A DNA stretch of 32,000 nt from Nitrosomonas europaea (GTDB lineage Bacteria; Pseudomonadota; Gammaproteobacteria; Burkholderiales; Nitrosomonadaceae). The translations under genes and the position numbers were made by a program. Positions 10,546-21,291 of this stretch are shown one piece after another; the stretch's first letter is position 1; each line of letters begins with the position of its first letter. The notes under the pieces were generated by a model, which worked only from the letters and a program-made list of their open reading frames with translations, made no database searches and was not told the DNA's origin. The stretch covers positions 120,001-152,000 of the forward strand of contig NZ_FUWK01000001.1 in NCBI RefSeq assembly GCF_900167395.1. Reading direction: 5' to 3'.

Positions 10546-11658
10546 ATGATTATCGGATTACCCAAAGAAACGAAAGCGGATGAGTATCGGGTCGGGCTAA
10601 CTCCAGGCAGTGTGCATACACTGGTCGGACGCGGGCACCGGGTTCTGGTCGAAACCGGGGCGGGAGCAGGTAGTGTGATTTCCGATCAGGATTATCGTGC
10701 TGCCGGGGCGGAAATCGTTACCCATGCCGGGGATGCCTGGGCAGCAGAACTGGTGGTCAAGGTAAAAGAGCCCACTGAACCGGAATATCAGTACTTACGG
10801 AAAGGTTTGCTGCTGTTCACCTATCTGCATTTGGCTTCCAACAGAACTTTGACCGAAAAACTGCTCGCCACTGGCGTCAGTGCGATCGCCTACGAAACCG
10901 TGCAGACTGCATCAGGTGCATTACCGCTGCTAACACCCATGAGCGAAGTAGCGGGACGCATGGCCGTGCAGATTGGTGCAACCTATCTGCTGAAAACACA
11001 AGGTGGCCGGGGTGTTCTGATGGGTGGTGTGCCGGGAGTTGCTCCTGCCAACGTAGTCATTCTCGGCGCGGGAGTAGTCGGCACCAATGCCGCAACTGTC
11101 GCCGCCGGCATGGGTGCGATGGTAACAGCACTGGATATCAATCATGATCGCCTGAAAGCGTTGGACGATCGTTTCTCCGGGCGACTGCAAACCCGCTACT
11201 GCGATACGGTCAATGTACGCCAGGCCGTTTATGAGGCCGATCTGGTCATCGGTGCGATTTTGATTCCCGGCGGACGCTCGCCCTGGCTGGTGACGCGGGA
11301 AATGTTGCCACAAATGCGCACAGGTTCAGTGATCGTTGATGTAGCGGTCGATCAGGGAGGGTGCGTAGAAACGACTCGCCCCACCACACACAGCAATCCC
11401 ATTTTTGAAATCGATGGCGTGTTGCATTACTGCGTTGCCAATATGCCCGGTGCGGTACCGCGCACCAGCACTTTTGCACTGAACAATCAGACCGCCAGTT
11501 ATGTTGCCACGCTGGCAGACAATGGACTGGCTGCCTTGCAAAATAACCAGGCACTGATGAACGGCCTCAACACCCATCGTGGGCAGGTAACCCATCCGGC
11601 AGTGGCGGAAGCCTTCGGGCTATCCTATGCATCTCCCCTGGAAGTACTGGTCGCCTGA
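10546..11658 (+). CDS. ald: Alanine dehydrogenase
   Basis: It begins MIIGLPKETKADEYRVGLTP, matching the N-termini of known Ald proteins such as B. subtilis MIIGVPKE. The Rossmann motif VILGAGVVGTNAA and the motif HYCVANMPGAVPRTST are present. The track start TTG 10501 adds 15 unsupported residues. Confidence 0.93.
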   Translation: MIIGLPKETKADEYRVGLTPGSVHTLVGRGHRVLVETGAGAGSVISDQDYRAAGAEIVTHAGDAWAAELVVKVKEPTEPEYQYLRKGLLLFTYLHLASNRTLTEKLLATGVSAIAYETVQTASGALPLLTPMSEVAGRMAVQIGATYLLKTQGGRGVLMGGVPGVAPANVVILGAGVVGTNAATVAAGMGAMVTALDINHDRLKALDDRFSGRLQTRYCDTVNVRQAVYEADLVIGAILIPGGRSPWLVTREMLPQMRTGSVIVDVAVDQGGCVETTRPTTHSNPIFEIDGVLHYCVANMPGAVPRTSTFALNNQTASYVATLADNGLAALQNNQALMNGLNTHRGQVTHPAVAEAFGLSYASPLEVLVA

Positions 11659-11717
11659 AAAACCGGAAACAGGGTATGCAGCTTGCGGTAGCCATGCTGC
11701 CAGCCCTGAACGGTTTT
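11659..11717. terminator. Candidate bidirectional terminator hairpin between convergent ald and creA
   Basis: A three-segment imperfect stem reads AAAACCG-gaaa-CAGGG-tat-GCAGC-(13 nt loop)-GCTGC-cag-CCCTG-aa-CGGTTTT. An A-run lies on the left and a T-run on the right, so either strand ends in U residues. Confidence 0.5.
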
Positions 11718-11725
11718 GTTGAACT

Positions 11726-12250
11726 TCAATGCCAGGGCATGACTGGAATCACCGAAATACTGTTTTGTGGTGAACCTTCGATGACGCGGTCACTGTAAGT
11801 GAGATAGATCAAAACGTTGCGTTTGGCATCATAGAAACGCACCACCTGCAGGGTTTTGAACAGTAGTGAAGTGCTTTTCTTGAATACCTCATCACCATCC
11901 GATTTACCGTTTTTTATCTTCTCCGAAAGCACGATCGGCCCCGTCTGGCGGCAAGCGATAGAAGCATCCGACTTATCTTCAGCCACCCCCACCGTACCGC
12001 TTATCCCGCCGGTTTTTGCCCGGCTCAGATAACATGTTGCGCCGGCCACTTCCGGATCATCAAAGGCCTCCACCACGATTTTGTCATTGGCTCCCAGAAA
12101 CTTGAACCGGGTCGATACACTACCGATGTCCTCTGCCAGCAATGGCAGAGAATACGAAGTGACAATCGCCGCCATCCCGATCAGCATGCCTCGTTTTGCC
12201 CAACCTGCAAAATCAATCCGGCCAGCTCTCTTGTTTGCCTCGTGTTTCAT
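11726..12250 (-). CDS. creA: CreA family protein (periplasmic, function unknown)
   Basis: There is strong collinearity with E. coli CreA as I recall it: [39 protein letters not shown]...[25 protein letters not shown] chose ATG 12250 (GGAGGG lies 6 nt upstream) rather than 12271. Confidence 0.85.
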   Translation of the reverse strand: MKHEANKRAGRIDFAGWAKRGMLIGMAAIVTSYSLPLLAEDIGSVSTRFKFLGANDKIVVEAFDDPEVAGATCYLSRAKTGGISGTVGVAEDKSDASIACRQTGPIVLSEKIKNGKSDGDEVFKKSTSLLFKTLQVVRFYDAKRNVLIYLTYSDRVIEGSPQNSISVIPVMPWH

Positions 12251-12524
12251 GGTAGCCCTCCTGTTTTTCAATAGCGATATGATGACAAAGTGATAATCCT
12301 GAAATTTTTAGAATCATATAACATCGCTTCATGATACAGGTTGAATATGGATTTATACCCGGACTTCAGATTTTACAAACCCGGATGTCGGTAGCCGGTT
12401 ACACCAGGCCGATATGGCAGATTTTGCGGTACGCCATGCTGGAAGGATTGCCATCCTTGATTTTTCTTGTGGTGTAACAATAGCTGAGCAACCTGGGCAT
12501 AGTAGCGTACTGCAGAAAAGCCCA

Positions 12525-14042
12525 TCACCAGCCGGGATTTTCCTCCTCAATCCAGCAATTCAGTAAGTTACGGGCAGCAGGGATGATCTCTGACGCCACC
12601 ATGCCCAGCGGCCCGTTCTGCTGTTTCAGCAATACATCTGCTGCTGCACCATGCAGATAAACGGCCAGCAGCAGTGCGTTTTCCGGGAGCAGCCCCTGTA
12701 CCAGCAGCGCACCCAGAAAACCCGAGAGAACATCACCAGTACCAGCACTGCTCAACCCGGGATTACCGCTGGTATTGAAATGACAGTGGCCATTCGGAAA
12801 AGCACAGATACTCCCGGCTCCTTTCAGGACGACAGCACAATTGAACTTCCGGGCGAGATTTCTGGCTGCCTCCAGCCGGTTTCGCTGGATTTCAGTTACG
12901 CTTGTATTCAGCAGGCGAGCTGCTTCTGCCGGATGCGGGGTAAGGATGGCTGGTGCTTTGCGCGCCTGGAGTGCGCTGCTCAATTCCGTATGCTGCGCAA
13001 TCAGATTGAGTGCATCGGCATCCAGCACCAGAGGCAGGCAGGTTTGCAATGCCCGCTCCAGACAAATGCAGGCGGCGATTTCGCTACCGAAGCCGGGGCC
13101 AATGACCAACCCCTCCAGAAAATCCGGGTTAAAAAAATCGGAGGGCGAACGCAGCATCAGCTCGGGCTGAACCGGATCCACCACCGGTACATCATCCTGT
13201 GCCAGCAGCCCCAGATAAACCCGCCCCGCCCCCAGTTTGAGTGCAGCCCGCCCGGTCAGCAGGGCTGCGCCGATCATGCCGGTGGCACCACCCAGAATCC
13301 CGAGCCTGCCATAAGTACCCTTGTGACTGTTGGCTCGCCTTGGGGAAGGCAATCTCTGAACAATGCCTGCTCTGTCGAGCAGCCAGTTTTGTGGCGGAAT
13401 CAGCGCAGCAACATCCAGTTCCAGATCACACACCACGATTTCGCCGCAGTAATCACAGCCGTCATGTGTCAGCAGACCTGGTTTGAGTGCGATGAAGGTG
13501 GTCGTGATAGCTGCTTTGACTGCCACATCCGGCACCCGGCCGGAATCACTGAGCAGACCGCTGGGAATATCGAGCGCAAGCACCGGCAGATTGAGCTGGT
13601 TGATCTGCCGAATGAGCTGCCGGTAGCTTTCTGCCAGCAGACGTGTTTCGTTCAGGCCGATCCCGAACAGGCCGTCGATCGCCGCATCCCATTGACCACC
13701 GTCCGGAAGCTCCGGAATTACCGTTCCGCCAGCCGATTGCCACTGTTCCAGTGCTTGCCTGGCATCCTGTGGTAATCGTTCAGCCTCACCGGTGAGTACC
13801 AGTGTGACCTGTCTTCCCCATTCCCGCAGATGGCGAGCGGCCACCAGCGCATCACCTCCGTTATTGCCCGGCCCGGCCAGAATCAATATCCGTTGCTTGT
13901 CATCCGTCAGCAATCGGGTATGAGCGACCTTTGCAGCCGCCAGCCCGGCTTTTTCCATCAGGGGCGGCGAATGGGGCACGGATAGTACAAGTGATTCTAT
14001 TTTGCGGATTTCGGCAGTGGTGTAGATGGGCCTGGTATTCAT
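12525..14042 (-). CDS. nnr: Bifunctional NAD(P)H-hydrate repair enzyme Nnr (epimerase plus ADP-dependent dehydratase, YjeF family)
   Basis: The N-terminal YjeF_N domain carries ILAGPGNNGGDALVAARHL. The C-terminal kinase-like domain carries SHKGTYGRLGILGG and GNPGLSSAGTGDVLSG. The start is set at ATG 14042 (MNTRPIYTTAEIR), since the track start 14186 would overlap the purL start. Confidence 0.92.
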   Translation of the reverse strand: MNTRPIYTTAEIRKIESLVLSVPHSPPLMEKAGLAAAKVAHTRLLTDDKQRILILAGPGNNGGDALVAARHLREWGRQVTLVLTGEAERLPQDARQALEQWQSAGGTVIPELPDGGQWDAAIDGLFGIGLNETRLLAESYRQLIRQINQLNLPVLALDIPSGLLSDSGRVPDVAVKAAITTTFIALKPGLLTHDGCDYCGEIVVCDLELDVAALIPPQNWLLDRAGIVQRLPSPRRANSHKGTYGRLGILGGATGMIGAALLTGRAALKLGAGRVYLGLLAQDDVPVVDPVQPELMLRSPSDFFNPDFLEGLVIGPGFGSEIAACICLERALQTCLPLVLDADALNLIAQHTELSSALQARKAPAILTPHPAEAARLLNTSVTEIQRNRLEAARNLARKFNCAVVLKGAGSICAFPNGHCHFNTSGNPGLSSAGTGDVLSGFLGALLVQGLLPENALLLAVYLHGAAADVLLKQQNGPLGMVASEIIPAARNLLNCWIEEENPGW

Positions 14043-14113
14043 CTGGCAATAATCTGGTGACAGGTGTACTCGTGTAAAATCATGTTTTTTATTCAATTGA
14101 CTGGTAAATTCCG

Positions 14114-17100
14114 ATGCTGCAATTTTGCGGGCGCAATGCGCTTTCCCCCTTTCGTCTGGAACGCCTGCTCCATTCAATTCAGGCAATCGTACCGCAAATT
14201 TCCGGCATTACTGCCAATTACCGCTATTTCTGCCAGGTTCAGCGTGATTTGACGCAGGAAGAAACCAATCGACTGCGGCAGTTACTCGACGTCGATGAAA
14301 CAGAGGCACAGCCCTTTCCGGATAGCAAGCTGTTACTGGTGGTACCTCGTCCCGGCACGATTTCTCCGTGGTCTTCCAAAGCGACCGATATTGCTCATTG
14401 CTGCGGCCTGAACGGAATCGAACGGCTGGAGCGCGGTATTTCCTTCGAATTGCGCTGCCAGGTAACGCTGCTGCCCGCACAACTATCCCGAATCGAAGCA
14501 TGCATTCATGACCGCATGACTGAAGTAGTACTGCACTCACTGGCTGAAGCCACCCTTCTGTTTCACCATTCAGAACCGGGAATGTTGAATGAAATCGATC
14601 TGACAGGCCGGGGAATCGACGCGCTGTTGCAGGCCAACCGGGAAATGGGGCTTGCATTGTCTTCTGACGAAATCGATTACCTGCTGGATTATTTTACCCG
14701 TATCCAGCGCGACCCCACCGATGTCGAACTGATGATGTTTGCGCAAGCCAATTCGGAACATTGCCGGCACAAGATTTTCAATGCCGACTGGATAATCGAT
14801 GGCGTACAACAACCGCATTCGCTGTTTGGCATGATTCGGCATACCCATCAAAGCCATCCCCAGCACACGATCGTTGCCTATTCGGATAATGCCGCAATTC
14901 TGGAAGGGGAAATCATCGAGCGGTTTTACCCCGGAAAAAATGATCAATATGGCTACGCACCGGAGCTGACACACTGGCTGGCCAAAGTAGAAACACATAA
15001 CCACCCGACGGCGATTTCCCCCTTTCCAGGTGCAGCCACCGGGGTGGGGGGTGAAATCCGCGATGAAGGCGCAACCGGATCCGGTGCAAAACCCAAGGCG
15101 GGACTAACCGGATTCAGTGTCTCCAATTTGCGGATTCCTGAAGCCATACAGCCCTGGGAAACCAACGCTTATGGCAAGCCAGGACACATTGCCTCCGCAC
15201 TCGACATCATGCTGACCGCACCGATTGGCGGCGCAGCTTTCAATAACGAATTCGGCCGTCCGAATCTGGCAGGCTATTTTCGTACTTATGAAGTGGAAAT
15301 CAACGGCCGGATGCGCGGCTACCACAAACCCATCATGCTGGCTGGGGGTATCGGCCAGATTTCCGCGTTGCATACTGCAAAAGAACCTTTCCCGGAAGGC
15401 ACGCTGTTGATTCATCTGGGAGGGCCGGGCATGGCCATCGGGCTGGGTGGTGGTGCCGCTTCCAGCATGGATGCCGGTACGAATGAAGAAGCGCTCGATT
15501 TCAACTCGGTGCAGCGAGGCAATGCAGAAATACAACGTCGTGCACAGGAGGTGATCGATCGTTGCTGGCAACTGGCGCGCAGCGGGCAACCCAATCCGAT
15601 TCTGGCCATTCACGACGTCGGCGCCGGCGGGCTTTCCAACGCCCTGCCCGAGCTGGTACACGATGCCGGGCGGGGGGGTCGGTTTGACCTGCGCGCAGTT
15701 CCTTCCGACGAACCCGGAATGTCACCCATGCAGATCTGGTGTAATGAAGCACAGGAACGTTATGTACTCGCTATCCGGCCGGAATCTCTTTCCCTGTTCC
15801 AGGCCATCTGCGAACGTGAGCGCTGCCCGTTCGCTGTGGTCGGCGAAGCACTGGCAGAGCTCCAGCTGATCGTGACGGATGAACGTTCATCCACTCATCC
15901 AGCCGATATGCCCCTGCCCGTATTGTTAGGCAAACCGCCCAAAATGGTGCGTGATGTCAAACGCATCCACCCTGACCCTGCTCTGCTGGATAAAACCGGT
16001 ATGCAGCTGCAGGAAGCTGCCCGCCGTGTTCTGCGCCTGCCGGCCGTGGCAAACAAATCCTTCTTGATTACGATCGGTGATCGCAGCGTAGGTGGCCAGA
16101 CTGCACGGGACCAGATGGTTGGCCCGTGGCAGGTTCCGGTGGCCGATGTCGCGGTTACCACCATGGGCTTCCAGACGTATTCGGGTGAAGCATTCGCGCT
16201 AGGTGAACGTACGCCGCTGGCTGTGATCAATGCGGCTAGTTCAGCACGCATGGCGGTAGGAGAAGCGGTTACCAATCTGGCTGCTGCCGCGATTGCCGGC
16301 CTGGGAACCGTCCGGTTATCCGCCAACTGGATGGCCGCAGCAGGACACCCGGGCGAGGATGTTGCCCTGTATGACGCTGTGCATGCCGTAGCGATGGAAT
16401 TGTGCCCCGCACTGGGAATCAGCATCCCGGTAGGCAAGGATTCATTATCGATGAAAACTGCCTGGCACGATGATCAACCCAAAGAAGTCGTTGCGCCGCT
16501 CTCCCTGATTATTTCAGCATTTGCCACAGTATCCGATGTGCGTAAGACGCTCACGCCGCAACTGCGTACGGATAAAGGCGAAACGAAGCTGATTCTGATC
16601 GATCTCGGCAATGGCAAAAACCGTCTCGGCGGATCGGCACTGGCTCAGGTTTATACCCAGTCAGGCGACGATACGCCCGATCTGGAAAGCCCGGAAAAAC
16701 TCAACGCTTTTTTTGATGCGATTCAAACACTCAATGGCAGCGGATTGCTGCTGGCCTACCATGATCGCTCTGATGGCGGCCTGTTCGTCACGTTATGCGA
16801 AATGGCCTTTGCCGGACATTGCGGTATCACCCTTGCACTCGATTCGCTGATTTCACTGAGCGCTGAGCCGGATGATGATCGGGATGGACAAGTGCTGTCC
16901 ACCTTGTTCAATGAGGAACTCGGTGCTGTCATCCAGATCGAAGCTCGACATCATGACGCAGTGATGACCATTCTGGCGGATGCAGGGCTGGGGCACATCA
17001 GCCATACGATCGGCAGTCCGAACCGGCAGGATGACATCACGTTGATGGTTGATGGCGGAATCGTATTCCAGGAAAAGTGTGTGGCGTTGCAGCGTATCTG

Positions 17101-18028
17101 GTCGGAAACGAGCTTCCGGATGCAAAAATTGCGCGATCATCCCGAATGTGCACAGCAGGAGTTCGATCAGATTCTGGACGTGGACGATCCGGGGTTGCAT
17201 GCACAACTGACATTTTCACTCACTGAATCTGTTGCTTCTGCACCGGCTATACTTGCCAGCCGTCCTGCAGTCGCGATTCTGCGTGAACAGGGGGTGAACG
17301 GTCATGTGGAAATGGCAGCCGCTTTCGACCGCGCCGGATTCGATGCAGTAGACGTGCACATGAGTGATATTTTATCCGGGCGGGTGAAGTTGGCCGAATA
17401 TAAAGGATTGATTGCCGGAGGGGGATTCTCTTATGGCGATGTGCTTGGTGCAGGCCGGGGATGGGCTCAGTCGATTTTGTTCAATGCACGGGCACGAGAT
17501 GAGTTTGCAACCTTTTTTGCGCGCACAGATACCTTTGCTTTAGGCGTATGCAATGGTTGCCAGATGATGAGCCACCTGCAGGCGATCATTCCGGGAACGG
17601 CTCACTGGCCCCGTTTTGGACGTAACCGCTCCGAGCAGTTTGAAGCACGTTTTGTCATGGTCAGAATTGGAACCAGCCCTTCGTTGTTTTTCGATGGCAT
17701 GGCAGGCAGCCGCTTGCCGGTGACCGTTGCCCATGGTGAAGGGCTTGCGGTATTCCGGGATGCCGAGCAACTGCTTGCGGCACACCCCTATGTTGCGTTG
17801 CAGTTTGTCGATAATCGGGGCACGCTTACCGAAACCTACCCGCTGAATCCGAACGGTTCACCCGCAGGCATTACCGGTATGACTTCAGCCGATGGCCGGG
17901 TGACGATCCTGATGCCACACCCGGAAAGAGTTTTCCGTACCGTACAGCATTCGTGGCATCCTGACGATTGGCCGGAAGATTCTCCCTGGATGAAAATGTT
18001 CAGAAATGCCCGTAAATGGGTCGATTGA
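14114..18028 (+). CDS. purL: Phosphoribosylformylglycinamidine synthase, single-chain large form
   Basis: The 1304-aa ORF is collinear with E. coli PurL from the N-terminus ([11 protein letters not shown]). It contains [20 protein letters not shown] and a C-terminal glutaminase domain with the nucleophile in GVCNGCQMM plus the HPE triad motif. Confidence 0.98.
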   Translation: MLQFCGRNALSPFRLERLLHSIQAIVPQISGITANYRYFCQVQRDLTQEETNRLRQLLDVDETEAQPFPDSKLLLVVPRPGTISPWSSKATDIAHCCGLNGIERLERGISFELRCQVTLLPAQLSRIEACIHDRMTEVVLHSLAEATLLFHHSEPGMLNEIDLTGRGIDALLQANREMGLALSSDEIDYLLDYFTRIQRDPTDVELMMFAQANSEHCRHKIFNADWIIDGVQQPHSLFGMIRHTHQSHPQHTIVAYSDNAAILEGEIIERFYPGKNDQYGYAPELTHWLAKVETHNHPTAISPFPGAATGVGGEIRDEGATGSGAKPKAGLTGFSVSNLRIPEAIQPWETNAYGKPGHIASALDIMLTAPIGGAAFNNEFGRPNLAGYFRTYEVEINGRMRGYHKPIMLAGGIGQISALHTAKEPFPEGTLLIHLGGPGMAIGLGGGAASSMDAGTNEEALDFNSVQRGNAEIQRRAQEVIDRCWQLARSGQPNPILAIHDVGAGGLSNALPELVHDAGRGGRFDLRAVPSDEPGMSPMQIWCNEAQERYVLAIRPESLSLFQAICERERCPFAVVGEALAELQLIVTDERSSTHPADMPLPVLLGKPPKMVRDVKRIHPDPALLDKTGMQLQEAARRVLRLPAVANKSFLITIGDRSVGGQTARDQMVGPWQVPVADVAVTTMGFQTYSGEAFALGERTPLAVINAASSARMAVGEAVTNLAAAAIAGLGTVRLSANWMAAAGHPGEDVALYDAVHAVAMELCPALGISIPVGKDSLSMKTAWHDDQPKEVVAPLSLIISAFATVSDVRKTLTPQLRTDKGETKLILIDLGNGKNRLGGSALAQVYTQSGDDTPDLESPEKLNAFFDAIQTLNGSGLLLAYHDRSDGGLFVTLCEMAFAGHCGITLALDSLISLSAEPDDDRDGQVLSTLFNEELGAVIQIEARHHDAVMTILADAGLGHISHTIGSPNRQDDITLMVDGGIVFQEKCVALQRIWSETSFRMQKLRDHPECAQQEFDQILDVDDPGLHAQLTFSLTESVASAPAILASRPAVAILREQGVNGHVEMAAAFDRAGFDAVDVHMSDILSGRVKLAEYKGLIAGGGFSYGDVLGAGRGWAQSILFNARARDEFATFFARTDTFALGVCNGCQMMSHLQAIIPGTAHWPRFGRNRSEQFEARFVMVRIGTSPSLFFDGMAGSRLPVTVAHGEGLAVFRDAEQLLAAHPYVALQFVDNRGTLTETYPLNPNGSPAGITGMTSADGRVTILMPHPERVFRTVQHSWHPDDWPEDSPWMKMFRNARKWVD

Positions 18029-18084
18029 TCGATTCAACGCAACGTTTTCCATCACTCGTTTTTACAAATTCCTAATAAAGAAAG

Positions 18085-19359
18085 ATGACAATGATCGATT
18101 TCAAGTCTGACTGGCGGCTTGCCATAAGCGGTTTGTTGTTGCTGGGGGGAATGATGAATGTCTCCGATGTTTCTGCCCAAACCGGATCAGGAAAAAAAGC
18201 CGTTTCTGCAAGTGAGCAAACTACCCGGAACGCATGTGTCCCGGCCGCAAGCTGGGTAATCCCTGGCAAGGGAGAAACGACGCTCTCCAGCGTGATGGCG
18301 TCAGTAAAAGATAAATCAGTCGTGTTATTGGGCGAAACCCATATCAACCCCGAGCATCATCGCTGGCAGTTGCAGATGCTGGCTACCTTGTATGCTGCCC
18401 GCCCGGATATGGTGATCGGCTTCGAGATGTTTCCACGACGGGTACAGAAAATTCTGGATCAATGGGTGGCAGGTGAGCTGACGGAATCAGAATTTTTATC
18501 CCGATCCGAATGGCAGTCGGTCTGGAGTACCGATGCGGGTCTATATCTGCCTCTGTTTCATTTCGCACGGATGAATCGCATCCCGATGCGTGCACTCAAC
18601 ATCGATATTCACCTGAGACGGGCTGTCACCGCCAAAGGATTTGACGGCGTACCGGAAAAAGACAGAGAAGGCGTCACCCGGCCAGCCCCGCCTGCACCGG
18701 AATACCTGGAATTTCTACTGCCGATTTATATGCAACACGGCCGCGCCCCTCAGAAAACGGCCGAAAAAAATCAGAAGCCGAACCATTACGACCCGGATTT
18801 TCTGCGGTTTGTCGTCAGTCAGCAGTTATGGGATCGGGCAATGGCACAGGAAATTCATGCCGTGCTGAGCAGTTACGACAAACACAAGAAACCGCTGATA
18901 GTGGGGATCATGGGATCCGGACATATCCTGAAAGGATTTGGTGTGCCACATCAGTTGAAAAACATGGGTGTGAAAAAAATAGTTTCCCTGCTGCCATGGG
19001 ATACGAACCGGCCCTGTAAACTACTGACCGACCGCTATGCAGATGCGGTATTCGGCCTGGCTCCGTTTACACCGGAATCGGGCTCCCCTTTGCAACAACG
19101 TCTCGGGATCGGTTTTGAATTCAGCAAGAAAACCACAGGCGCTCACGTACTGCAGGTCGAACAACAGAGTATTGCCGAATCTGCCGGATTACAGGCCGGG
19201 GATGTGATTCTCGAAATGGCTGGCAGTACACTCAAGGAAAGCAACGATGTCATCGATGCGGTCAAGCGTCAGGCACCGGGTACCTGGCTGCCTCTGAAAG
19301 TGATGCGGGAAGGCATGATCACTGAAATCATCGCGAAATTCCCACCATTAGCGAAATAA
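18085..19359 (+). CDS. Secreted ChaN-family (Cofac_haem_bdg / Tiki superfamily) protein with a C-terminal PDZ domain
   Basis: The signal peptide ends ...LLLLGGMMNVSDVSAQ. The ChaN-type core reads VVLLGETHINPEHHRWQLQML..GFEMFPRRVQKILDQWVAGE. The C-terminal PDZ-like segment reads GAHVLQVEQQSIAESAGLQAGDVILEMAG. Confidence 0.8.
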   Translation: MTMIDFKSDWRLAISGLLLLGGMMNVSDVSAQTGSGKKAVSASEQTTRNACVPAASWVIPGKGETTLSSVMASVKDKSVVLLGETHINPEHHRWQLQMLATLYAARPDMVIGFEMFPRRVQKILDQWVAGELTESEFLSRSEWQSVWSTDAGLYLPLFHFARMNRIPMRALNIDIHLRRAVTAKGFDGVPEKDREGVTRPAPPAPEYLEFLLPIYMQHGRAPQKTAEKNQKPNHYDPDFLRFVVSQQLWDRAMAQEIHAVLSSYDKHKKPLIVGIMGSGHILKGFGVPHQLKNMGVKKIVSLLPWDTNRPCKLLTDRYADAVFGLAPFTPESGSPLQQRLGIGFEFSKKTTGAHVLQVEQQSIAESAGLQAGDVILEMAGSTLKESNDVIDAVKRQAPGTWLPLKVMREGMITEIIAKFPPLAK

Positions 19360-19368
19360 AACAGAAAA

Positions 19369-20736
19369 TCAGACCTTTTCCTGTAACGATTTATAGAGTG
19401 TGAAATCAAGCTGGTGCCGCTGCAGCAATTTATAAAACTCCGTGCGATTGCGTTTGGCCAGCTTGGCTGCCTGAGTCACATTTCCGGCAGTAATTTTCAG
19501 TATCTTGACCAGATAATCTCTTTCAAACTGTCTGCGGGCTTCATCGAATGACGTCATCTGCTCTTCATCCTTGTGCATGGCATCACGGACAAGCTCACCG
19601 GAGATGAGCGGCACCGCACTCATGACGACACTTTGTTCGACGACATTCATGAGCTGCCGAATATTACCCGGCCAGGAGGATGCCAGCAGAAAGCTGATCG
19701 CTTCCGGGGAAAATACATTGATATCTTTCTGATGTTTCTCGGCAAATACACGCAGAAAATGATTGGCCAGCAGGGGAATATCTTCACTGCGCTGGGCAAG
19801 TGAGGGAATCGTCAGCCCCACCACGAAAAGCCGGTAATACAGATCTTCACGAAAATTTCCCGCCTGGATTTCCGATTTCAGATCCCGGTGCGTAGCGGAG
19901 ATGATGCGCACATTGATTGGAATACTCTGGGTGGAACCAACAGGCCGGATGACTCTTTCCTGCAGCGCATGCAACAGTTTTGCCTGTAACAGCAGAGGCA
20001 TGTCACCGATCTCATCCAGAAACAGACTGCCACCATCAGCCAGCTGGAATAATCCCTTATGATCCCGCACAGCACCGGTAAATGCACCTTTGGCATGGCC
20101 AAACAGCTCGGATTCCAGCAGTTGTTCCGGAATGGCCGCGCAATTGATGGTAACGAACGGCTGATCACAACGTCGGGAAGCCTGATGAATGGCACGGGCA
20201 AGCAATTCCTTGCCAACACCGCTTTCACCGGACAGCAGCACACTGGCATCCCCTTGCGCCACTCGGCCTACTTTTGCAAGCAGATCTTCCATGACCGCGC
20301 TCCGGGTAACGATGGTCTTGCGCCATGAGGAAACGGGTGTCGTGCTGGAAAGCGTTTCAACGGCAGGGGCAAGATTGAGGGCGCGTTCAACCTGACCCAG
20401 CAGAATTTTAGGATCGTAAGGCTTGGTGAGATAGCCAAAAATCCCGCGTTGCGTCGCTGCCACGGCATCCGGGATAGTACCGTAAGCAGTCAAAATGATG
20501 ACCGGCAGTGTCGGAATGTTGCGATGGATGTACTCGAACAGCGCCATGCCATCGAGACCGCCCATTTGCATGTCACTGATAACGAGATGGGGACGGGAAA
20601 TGTCGAGATAATTGATTGCTGCCTCAGTACTGTCTGCAAGCGTGGTTTCATACCCGGCTGCCGTCAGACGGATGGAAAGCAGTTCAAGCAAATCCCTGTC
20701 ATCATCCACCAGAAGAATTTTCTTGTCTTGTATCAT
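19369..20736 (-). CDS. Sigma54-dependent response regulator (NtrC class; QseF/GlrR-like)
   Basis: The REC domain carries KILLVDDD and the acceptor Asp in VISDMQM. The AAA+ domain has Walker A GESGVGKE, the sigma54 contact loop GAFTGA, and Walker B LFLDEIG. A C-terminal Fis-type HTH ([22 protein letters not shown]) is present. Confidence 0.92.
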   Translation of the reverse strand: MIQDKKILLVDDDRDLLELLSIRLTAAGYETTLADSTEAAINYLDISRPHLVISDMQMGGLDGMALFEYIHRNIPTLPVIILTAYGTIPDAVAATQRGIFGYLTKPYDPKILLGQVERALNLAPAVETLSSTTPVSSWRKTIVTRSAVMEDLLAKVGRVAQGDASVLLSGESGVGKELLARAIHQASRRCDQPFVTINCAAIPEQLLESELFGHAKGAFTGAVRDHKGLFQLADGGSLFLDEIGDMPLLLQAKLLHALQERVIRPVGSTQSIPINVRIISATHRDLKSEIQAGNFREDLYYRLFVVGLTIPSLAQRSEDIPLLANHFLRVFAEKHQKDINVFSPEAISFLLASSWPGNIRQLMNVVEQSVVMSAVPLISGELVRDAMHKDEEQMTSFDEARRQFERDYLVKILKITAGNVTQAAKLAKRNRTEFYKLLQRHQLDFTLYKSLQEKV

Positions 20737-20748
20737 TTGACTTGTTGA

Positions 20749-21291
20749 TCAGGGTGTATTGTTACGCATCAGGTCTTTTTCTATAATTTTGATTGCATTG
20801 ATCTTATTTTTTAGCGTTTTCACTTCAGTCTCTGCTGACCGTAATTTTTCGGACAGATTTTGTATTTGTAAATTCGCAGCTCGCTGCCGCTTGAGTAATA
20901 ATACCAGCAAGTTTTTGAAGGCTGTTGTATCCGGAGTGGTTTCAGCCTGTTCCGGAAGATCTTCCACGAGATTCAGCGCGACACGATTACTCTGAAAACT
21001 GGTATTCGGCAATAGCAGTAATATCAGCAGTTTAAGCCGTTGTTGCATATCGGTGCTCTCCCGATAGTGGCTGTTCGCATATTTGTATTCTTCCCAAAGC
21101 TCTACTCTGGACTTGTTCTGCAGCGAATCGTAATAGTGCATCAACTCGCTCAGATCACTCCCTGATTCCTGGATGATTCGTATCTCCGCTTGCTCGGATG
21201 GCTCATCCACAGGCTGGACAGGCGTATGCATACATCCTGTCAACATTACGGATAATGTCAGTCCTGTCAATAATTTAAAAGTATATGTCAT
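20749..21291 (-). CDS. Lipoprotein encoded between kinase and regulator (QseG-like position and architecture)
   Basis: The lipobox is SVMLTG|C. The C-terminus is heptad-rich (LSEKLRSAETEVKTLKNKINAIKIIEKDL). Its ATG overlaps the kinase stop within ATGA at 21288-21291, and its stop lies 12 nt before the regulator start. Confidence 0.7.
   Translation of the reverse strand: MTYTFKLLTGLTLSVMLTGCMHTPVQPVDEPSEQAEIRIIQESGSDLSELMHYYDSLQNKSRVELWEEYKYANSHYRESTDMQQRLKLLILLLLPNTSFQSNRVALNLVEDLPEQAETTPDTTAFKNLLVLLLKRQRAANLQIQNLSEKLRSAETEVKTLKNKINAIKIIEKDLMRNNTP

Noticed and set aside
12353-12550. A 65-aa minus-strand ORF overlapping the nnr 3' end.
   Set aside because: It starts inside nnr in another frame, with no ribosome-binding site and no motif. 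The interval is discussed as non-coding in the findings.
12651-13775. A 374-aa plus-strand ORF antisense to nnr.
   Set aside because: It is a shadow frame of a GC-rich third-position gene. Its composition is Gln/Arg/Cys-rich and not protein-like, whereas the nnr frame carries clear YjeF motifs.
14043-14186. The N-terminal extension of the nnr track ORF (start at 14186).
   Set aside because: It would overlap the divergent purL start by 73 nt. The extension has no homology to YjeF N-termini. The Met at 14042 gives the expected MNTRPIYTTAEIR start.
15104-16437. Minus-strand ORFs of 185 aa and 180 aa inside purL.
   Set aside because: Both are Ala/Arg/Pro-rich antisense frames within a 1304-aa gene that is collinear with PurL throughout.
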